38,929 bases of DNA. It comes from Candidatus Poseidoniaceae archaeon. GTDB lineage: Archaea > Thermoplasmatota > Poseidoniia > Poseidoniales > Poseidoniaceae. This document shows positions 34,298 to 38,929 of this stretch, one piece after another. Made by a program: the position numbers and the translations under genes. Under the pieces are notes generated by a model, which saw nothing but the letters and a program-made list of their open reading frames with translations, was not told where the DNA came from and searched no databases. The stretch's first letter is position 1, and every line of letters begins with the position of its first letter. Location: NCBI GenBank assembly GCA_949538025.1, contig CATISI010000088.1, forward strand, positions 1 to 38,929. The letters run 5' to 3'.

Positions 34298-35086
34298 ATG
34301 CGAAATAAGCGGTTTATGGGTGTTCTCCTCTCCTGCCTGATGCTTTCCATTCCAATGGCGGGTTGTGCCTCGGATATCGAAACCATCCTCGGCGAATCTT
34401 GGGGTGTCCCAGGTGGATTAGCGCTTGCATGTCTTCGAGACGATGATTACCGTGAACTCGTCATTGAAATCGACCATGCACCCGGGTACAACCCTGAGTC
34501 ATCGACCGTTAGCTTGCTGAAGGAACGACTTGGTCAAGTCTGCGACAAGCCAGATGGAATCAGAATTGAACTCAATGAGATGAATTTTGCAGAAACTACC
34601 ACGTGGACGGCAAACAAAGTTCGTGAAATTGCACATGAGACAATGGACGCTCCACCTCAGACATCCGTCCTACGTTGGCATGTTATCATGCCAGAAGGAA
34701 AGTATTCTGATGACAGTGTCCTCGGTGTTGCAGTCGATGCCTCCACGATTGCTTTGTTTTCGGATTCCATCGATGGTGCAACCTCCATCTTCAACCCTCG
34801 AATATCTGCAGAAGATATCGAGAACAGTGTAATGGTGCACGAGTTTGGACATCTACTTGGGCTTGTAAATCTCGTTTACACTTCTCCTGCAGACCATGAA
34901 GATTCTGAACATCCTGGACATTCCAACAACGAAGACTCGGTTATGTATTGGGCGGTTGAGACTGTGACCATTAGTGCGTGGTTTAGCGGAGACTTGCCAA
35001 CGCAGTTCGACCAAGACGATCTCGATGATCTAGCCGGTATGAAGACTGGTGAACTCGCAACAACCGATCAGTTGTGGCGACCTTAG
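34298..35086 (+). CDS. Putative lipoprotein zinc metalloprotease (metzincin-like)
   Basis: ATG 34298 (GGGGTG upstream) gives MRNKRFMGVLLSCLMLSIPMAGC/ASD, with a lipobox-like AGC. The zinc motif is VMVHEFGHLLGL (HEFGH at nt 34838-34852; HExxHxxG). A His-rich segment (HEDSEHPGH) and a Met-turn-like SVMYW follow. Confidence 0.75.
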   Translation: MRNKRFMGVLLSCLMLSIPMAGCASDIETILGESWGVPGGLALACLRDDDYRELVIEIDHAPGYNPESSTVSLLKERLGQVCDKPDGIRIELNEMNFAETTTWTANKVREIAHETMDAPPQTSVLRWHVIMPEGKYSDDSVLGVAVDASTIALFSDSIDGATSIFNPRISAEDIENSVMVHEFGHLLGLVNLVYTSPADHEDSEHPGHSNNEDSVMYWAVETVTISAWFSGDLPTQFDQDDLDDLAGMKTGELATTDQLWRP

Positions 35087-35424
35087 CGTGAACGTGCTTG
35101 AGAAACGATCACTGTTGCATCTCTCCATGCATCGTAGATTGACCACAGCCAAAGTGGAACGTACAGAACGATGGTCAAAGCAAGTGGAATCTGTAGAAGC
35201 GTCCAATCAAATGCACGCTGATGCTTTCGATTGAAATGTTGACCAAGAAACAGGCCTGGAATGGCCGCTAATAGCGCTGCAAGGATTGGACGGAAAGCAC
35301 CCCACATCCCGACACCAAGGAAGATTTCTCTCCAAATCTCAGTAATGAGGCGCATTGGACTCAGTTTCGACTGCTCTGCTGGAGTCATGTGCTTCAGAGG
35401 GTGGTTTGTCCAATGGTTTGTCAA
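35083..35424 (-). CDS. Small membrane protein (up to 113 aa), function unknown
   Basis: Two clear hydrophobic helices: FLGVGMWGAFRPILAALLAAIPGLFLG and LLQIPLALTIVLYVPLWLWSIY. The start is uncertain, with in-frame Met at residues 1, 13 and 24. Its stop overlaps the convergent metalloprotease stop. Confidence 0.5.
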   Translation of the reverse strand: MTNHWTNHPLKHMTPAEQSKLSPMRLITEIWREIFLGVGMWGAFRPILAALLAAIPGLFLGQHFNRKHQRAFDWTLLQIPLALTIVLYVPLWLWSIYDAWRDATVIVSQARSR

Positions 35425-35476
35425 TCTGTTGCCAATTTGTCACCAAAATCAAGAACAATCGACTCTAGGACAAACC

Positions 35477-36460
35477 ATGCCACGTGTACTTCTCACAGGC
35501 TTTGGACCGTTTGGAAGTCATGAAGTCAATCCAACAGAGATCATCGTTGAATCAATTCCCTCATTGATTCCCATAAAGAATCCATTTGGAAGGGGTTCAA
35601 GTGAGATGTCGATTGAGAAGCACATCCTTTCAGTTGATGAACATGGCTCGAGATGGACCGCAAATGAACTCAGTTTTCGTGAGTGGGACGCAATTCTTCA
35701 TCTCGGTCTTTGTGGGGAATGTACGCAACCACGAATCGAACTTCTTGCAGAAGACGTTCTCGATATGAGAATTCCAGATAATTCTGGACGTCAGATCAAT
35801 GGTGCAACGCTCAGTGGAACTGGTGACTTGAAAACGGCTGTACCGGTCAAGAAGTGGGGTGTCGAAGACTGGGAGGTTGATATCGAATTGTCAAAGGACG
35901 CAGGACGATACATTTGCAATGAAACCTACTATCGCTCCCTCGAGGCGCTTCAAACCCACAAATTTGCAATTCCTTGTCTCTTTCTCCATCTTCCATCGGT
36001 TGAACATTTGTCCGTGACTGAAGCGTCCAAACTCGTTCGTAGGATTCTTGCGCACATGCTCTACAAACCATCCATACAGGTTGCTGCAGGAATCTTCACT
36101 TCGGAACGTGGTTTCCTAGCGATGAAGCGTGGTGAGGATGAACCCAAAGCTGGTAAGTGGGAATTTCCAGGTGGAACAGTTGAACGAGATGAATCTCCAG
36201 AAGACGCACTGTTACGCGAACTCCAAGAAGAACTGAGTGTCAAAGCAAGCATCATCAAGAAAGCAGGTATTTGGACACACACATATCCTTTCATGCACGT
36301 GGAAATTCACGGGTTCCTCGTCGAAACAGATCCTCTAGATGACCTCCAGATGTCCGTTCATAGTGAGATGAAGTGGATTTCATCATCAGAGGGGTTAAAT
36401 CTCGATTGGCTTGAAGCTGACATTCCGATTGTTAAAGATCTACTCAAAGGACGTTACTGA
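35477..36460 (+). CDS. Fusion protein: pyroglutamyl-peptidase I (peptidase C15, Pcp)-like domain plus MutT-type Nudix hydrolase domain (327 aa)
   Basis: ATG 35477 gives MPRVLLTGFGPFGSHEVNPTE, the canonical Pcp N-terminus. The Pcp nucleophile context is GRYICNETYY (Cys codon nt 35915-35917), with His context LFLHLPS. The C-terminal half has KWEFPGGTVE and a Nudix box, GTVERDESPEDALLRELQEELSV (nt 36173-36241). This fits GX5EX7REUXEEXGU with S in place of the last G. The track's 72-aa N-terminal extension lies antisense to the upstream membrane-protein gene and is unlikely to be real. Confidence 0.8.
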   Translation: MPRVLLTGFGPFGSHEVNPTEIIVESIPSLIPIKNPFGRGSSEMSIEKHILSVDEHGSRWTANELSFREWDAILHLGLCGECTQPRIELLAEDVLDMRIPDNSGRQINGATLSGTGDLKTAVPVKKWGVEDWEVDIELSKDAGRYICNETYYRSLEALQTHKFAIPCLFLHLPSVEHLSVTEASKLVRRILAHMLYKPSIQVAAGIFTSERGFLAMKRGEDEPKAGKWEFPGGTVERDESPEDALLRELQEELSVKASIIKKAGIWTHTYPFMHVEIHGFLVETDPLDDLQMSVHSEMKWISSSEGLNLDWLEADIPIVKDLLKGRY

Positions 36461-36966
36461 TGCCACGTTGATGCATCGCCACGCTCATCCATTGCTGCTT
36501 CATCATGCAATTGTCGTGGAACATTTTGACGTCCAGAATGCCATGTGCATGCCTCGATCCAATCAGACAGACCCATGCCTTCGAGATGGATCTCAAAACA
36601 TCCGCCCAATGGTGCTTCTTCGTAGGAAAAAGCAATTTTTCCTGCAAATGCGGCTAATCGAGAAATTCGGAACGAGGTTTTCTGTTTGCTCAAATTCTTC
36701 CCCATTGCATCCATAGCTGTGTCAAGGATCGACTGTTGGCGTAGTTGTTGCAAAAACACCTCAAAGGAGAGATTTTTGCATTCAATGGAAACCAATTGCT
36801 CGCTGGGAAATTTCTGCTTCTCTACATCGGCAACAATTGCATTAGGGAACAGTGTCTGTATCGCCATTGTGACATTCTTTGCGTCATCTCCAGGGCGGAG
36901 TTTTGTATGCAGTGCAATCTCGATACCCTCGTCACGTCCGTTGTAGGTCAACGGTTTAAGGTCCAT
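36454..36966 (-). CDS. UPF0201/COG1931-type archaeal protein (putative RNA-binding fold)
   Basis: The start at ATG 36966 gives MDLKPLTYNGRDEGIEIALHTKLRPGDDAKNVTMAIQTLFPNA. This resembles the family's N-terminal strand followed by an 'RPTED..KV..AI.NLFP' element. FRISRLAAFAGKIAFS...APLGGCFEIHLEG resembles the family's C-terminal part. The assignment is from memory of the family pattern only. Confidence 0.6.
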   Translation of the reverse strand: MDLKPLTYNGRDEGIEIALHTKLRPGDDAKNVTMAIQTLFPNAIVADVEKQKFPSEQLVSIECKNLSFEVFLQQLRQQSILDTAMDAMGKNLSKQKTSFRISRLAAFAGKIAFSYEEAPLGGCFEIHLEGMGLSDWIEACTWHSGRQNVPRQLHDEAAMDERGDASTWHQ

Positions 36967-37044
36967 GTTATGAGGATAGGGAAACGGCTTTTCAACCTGC
37001 TTGTGAATGTGAAGTATCAAAACAGATTTGCTACAGAGCAGCCT

Positions 37045-38067
37045 ATGGGCGCAACAGAACCATGGCTGGCAACAGTGCTGCCCGTTCTGAATGAGGAAGA
37101 ATACATCGAATCGTGCCTTCAATCCCTCATCGACCAATCCCTGCCAGCAAACGAACACACGATTCTCGTCCTTGATGGGGGTTCCACAGATGCTACAACG
37201 GAGATTGTTCAGAAGATTTGTGAAGGACTCGATTCAACCCAACATCCATCGATTCATCTTCTCGACAATCCGGGTCGATTCGTGCCACATGCACGAAATC
37301 TGGCTCTGCAACACCTCCCGGAGAGCATAACACACGTTCTTGAATTCAATGGGCATGTTGAGATTGAACGTGATCATCTCATTAAGATGAAGGAAGCATG
37401 GACACGGCTCAGAACCAGACACGAGCGGCTTGCAGGACTTGGCTGTCGTGTAATTGGAAATGATTCGACAACGAATACGGTTGAATCAATCATCGATGCA
37501 ACACTGAGCAGCCCACTGGGAGGTGGCACAGGACAATTCGCTCAATTTCACGAGGAAGGAAAAACCAATGTCCCTGCTTTTGCATTGCACCTGCGCTCTG
37601 CGTTAGAAGAGGTTGACGGCTGGGATGAATCGTTTCTGACAAGTCAGGACAGTGATTTGAGCATGCGATTGCTCAAGGCGGGATATGTTCTATGCCGAAC
37701 TCCAAAAGCTGTTGCAAAAATGCGACGCAGAACATCGTTTAGGTCGTGGTTTTTGATGAGCCACCGCTATGGTTTCTGGCGAACCAAAGTGTTGCTCAAG
37801 CACCCGCGTCGCCTCGTCTTACGCGAACTATTGCCACTGTTTGGCCTCATTTCCACATCGATGCTGTTGTTGTTCAATCCAATGTGGTCGATGATGTTGA
37901 TTGGAGCATACTGTGCCGTCTTGTTTCTCTTTGGTCTTCTTTCTGCCAAGAAGGGGCCTTCGCATATTCTTGGTGTGCCATTCTGTCTCCTAATTCTCCA
38001 CACAGCTTTTACGATTGGCTTGTTCGATGGTTTGATTCGAAAAGGTGGTGCATCCCGTGATCGGTGA
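37045..38067 (+). CDS. Family 2 glycosyltransferase (ExoA-like) with a C-terminal membrane domain
   Basis: The start at ATG 37045 gives MGATEPWLATVLPVLNEEEYIESCLQSLIDQSLP...ILVLDGGSTDAT, a GT2 Rossmann N-terminus. Further motifs are DNPGRFVPHARNLAL, SPLGGGTGQF, SQDSDLSMRLLKAG and SHRYGFWRTKVLLKHP. Hydrophobic C-terminal helices include LLPLFGLISTSMLLLF and MLIGAYCAVLFLFGLL. The track's 100-aa N-terminal extension overlaps the divergent UPF0201 gene. Confidence 0.8.
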   Translation: MGATEPWLATVLPVLNEEEYIESCLQSLIDQSLPANEHTILVLDGGSTDATTEIVQKICEGLDSTQHPSIHLLDNPGRFVPHARNLALQHLPESITHVLEFNGHVEIERDHLIKMKEAWTRLRTRHERLAGLGCRVIGNDSTTNTVESIIDATLSSPLGGGTGQFAQFHEEGKTNVPAFALHLRSALEEVDGWDESFLTSQDSDLSMRLLKAGYVLCRTPKAVAKMRRRTSFRSWFLMSHRYGFWRTKVLLKHPRRLVLRELLPLFGLISTSMLLLFNPMWSMMLIGAYCAVLFLFGLLSAKKGPSHILGVPFCLLILHTAFTIGLFDGLIRKGGASRDR

Positions 38068-38116
38068 TGAAACAACCAAGGCGAATGCATAAGAAGAAAA
38101 CGAACGAGTCGATTGT

Positions 38117-38467
38117 ATGGCAACCAGACAATCCTCCTCGATTGGACTGTTTGCATTACCTCTGTTGGTTATGGGAGCGCTCCATGTCATTGTCACTCCG
38201 TTAGCAGACATTCTCTCCCTTTCCTGGGTTTATTCCGCTGCATGGTATGGTCTTGGATTCCTTGTTGGATTTATGCTCATGAGGCGGACACGCGTCACGA
38301 AAGATCATGAATTTCGTCGTTCTGTAATTATGAAGAAAATGAAGCATGTTTACGATGCTGAAGCAAAAGGGGTCTGGGAAAAGGAAACTTCACTTAAAGG
38401 AGACACGCAAATCAACAAAGAACAACTAAACTCAACCATTGGCGCATTTGGTCGTGAAGCGCCTTAA
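38117..38467 (+). CDS. Small (116 aa) membrane protein, function unknown
   Basis: Two hydrophobic helices (IGLFALPLLVMGALHVIV and WVYSAAWYGLGFLVGFMLM) are followed by a charged Lys/Glu-rich tail. The gene starts 49 bp after the GT2 gene on the same strand. Confidence 0.5.
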   Translation: MATRQSSSIGLFALPLLVMGALHVIVTPLADILSLSWVYSAAWYGLGFLVGFMLMRRTRVTKDHEFRRSVIMKKMKHVYDAEAKGVWEKETSLKGDTQINKEQLNSTIGAFGREAP

Positions 38468-38503
38468 CTTGAATTAGACCGGGACGTGACCTCGGATGTT
38501 AAG

Positions 38504-38929
38504 ATGCTCACAGAACAAGGATTCGTTCAGAAGGCCACCAGGCGCATGAGTGGGGACGGTACCGAAATGGATGAGATGGTTGATTCAACGGTTGGTTCTG
38601 TCCGCCAAGCGAGTTGGATGGACAACATCATCGATGGAATCTTTGGCTTGTTTGGCCGGGATACAGCTGCGGAACGTGAAGAGAAGCGCCTTTCACGCCT
38701 TCGTTCAAATGCACAGCAAACGCCAGTTATCGCCCAACGTCCAGTTGCTCCTGTCAAACAAGAAATGTCCGATAAACGCTCAAACGATGAACTAACCATG
38801 ACGACAATGAGTGATGATGGTGGAATCATATCCTCAACCAATATTGAAACTCCAACCATTCCCGTTCAACGCAAAGAGTCCATCGAAGACTTGGCTATGT
38901 TGAGTGGAGGAAGTGTTCAGGCGATGACA
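38504..38929 (+). CDS. 5' part of an ORF running off the window end (at least 142 codons), hypothetical protein
   Basis: My own translation from ATG 38504 is MLTEQGFVQKATRRMSGDGTEMDEMVDSTVGSVRQASWMDNIIDGIFGLFGRDTAAEREEKRLSRLRSN...SGGSVQAMT, with no stop before nt 38929. It is probably missing from the supplied track because it has no stop codon. It is on the same strand as its neighbours and similarly acidic. Confidence 0.45.
   Translation, partial: MLTEQGFVQKATRRMSGDGTEMDEMVDSTVGSVRQASWMDNIIDGIFGLFGRDTAAEREEKRLSRLRSNAQQTPVIAQRPVAPVKQEMSDKRSNDELTMTTMSDDGGIISSTNIETPTIPVQRKESIEDLAMLSGGSVQAMT

Noticed and set aside
35261-35476. 72-aa N-terminal extension of the Pcp-Nudix ORF in the track
   Set aside because: The extension lies antisense to the hydrophobic membrane-protein gene (35083-35424). 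Pcp homologues begin at the M..LLTGFGPFG strand, which is at ATG 35477.
36745-37158. Long mutually overlapping N-terminal extensions of the GT2 (+) and UPF0201 (-) track ORFs
   Set aside because: The extensions are Cys/Leu-rich nonsense relative to the family N-termini. Internal ATGs at 37045 and 36966 give canonical starts and remove the overlap.
38527-38859. 110-aa minus-strand ORF and 81-aa plus-strand ORF (38550-38795) near the window end
   Set aside because: Both are nested in a longer open-ended plus-strand frame starting at 38504. That frame matches the orientation and composition of its neighbours. Confidence is only moderate.
1-38929. Search for tRNA/rRNA genes, transposases, integrases, toxin-antitoxin pairs and restriction or CRISPR-Cas defence genes
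   Set aside because: The only non-coding gaps over 100 bp (10857-11008, 22457-22619) show no cloverleaf-like pairing. No ORF shows DDE, tyrosine or serine recombinase, Cas, or methyltransferase motifs that I can recognise.

Overview
The window is almost entirely coding and looks archaeal. Three markers support this: an AglB/STT3 oligosaccharyltransferase with a WWDYG motif, three proteins with archaeal class III (type IV pilin-like) signal peptides, and a UPF0201/COG1931-type protein. A marine Thermoplasmatota-like (MGII/III) origin is plausible but cannot be tested here. About two thirds of the DNA encodes four giant acidic cell-surface proteins. (1) A 3183-aa AglB fused to a ~2100-aa sequon-rich beta-sandwich extension, followed by a membrane-anchored subtilase. 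(2) A ~1445-aa parallel-beta-helix/Ig-like protein with a C-terminal TM helix and Pro/Gln-rich tail, followed 13 bp later by a wHTH/NB-ARC-like ATPase/TPR (STAND) regulator. (3) A 1916-aa protein made of at least 13 thrombospondin-type-3-like acidic repeats plus a propeller-like region. (4) A ~1796-aa orphan surface protein with two Asp-boxes, a TM helix and a similar tail, followed by a small acidic protein and a metzincin-like lipoprotein. On the opposite strand, an MBL-fold hydrolase gene leads a translationally coupled trio of pilin-like genes (346, 728 and ~156 aa). No pilus ATPase, platform protein or prepilin peptidase is present in the window. The right end carries housekeeping-like genes: a pyroglutamyl-peptidase/Nudix fusion, UPF0201, an ExoA-like GT2 glycosyltransferase, small membrane proteins and an open-ended ORF. 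I found no rRNA, tRNA, CRISPR array, transposase or integrase. The best candidate for a new system is the combination of a giant OST fusion, giant adhesin-like proteins, two dedicated proteases, orphan pilin-like proteins and a STAND regulator. All functional links are inferred from motifs read in the translations and from gene order.
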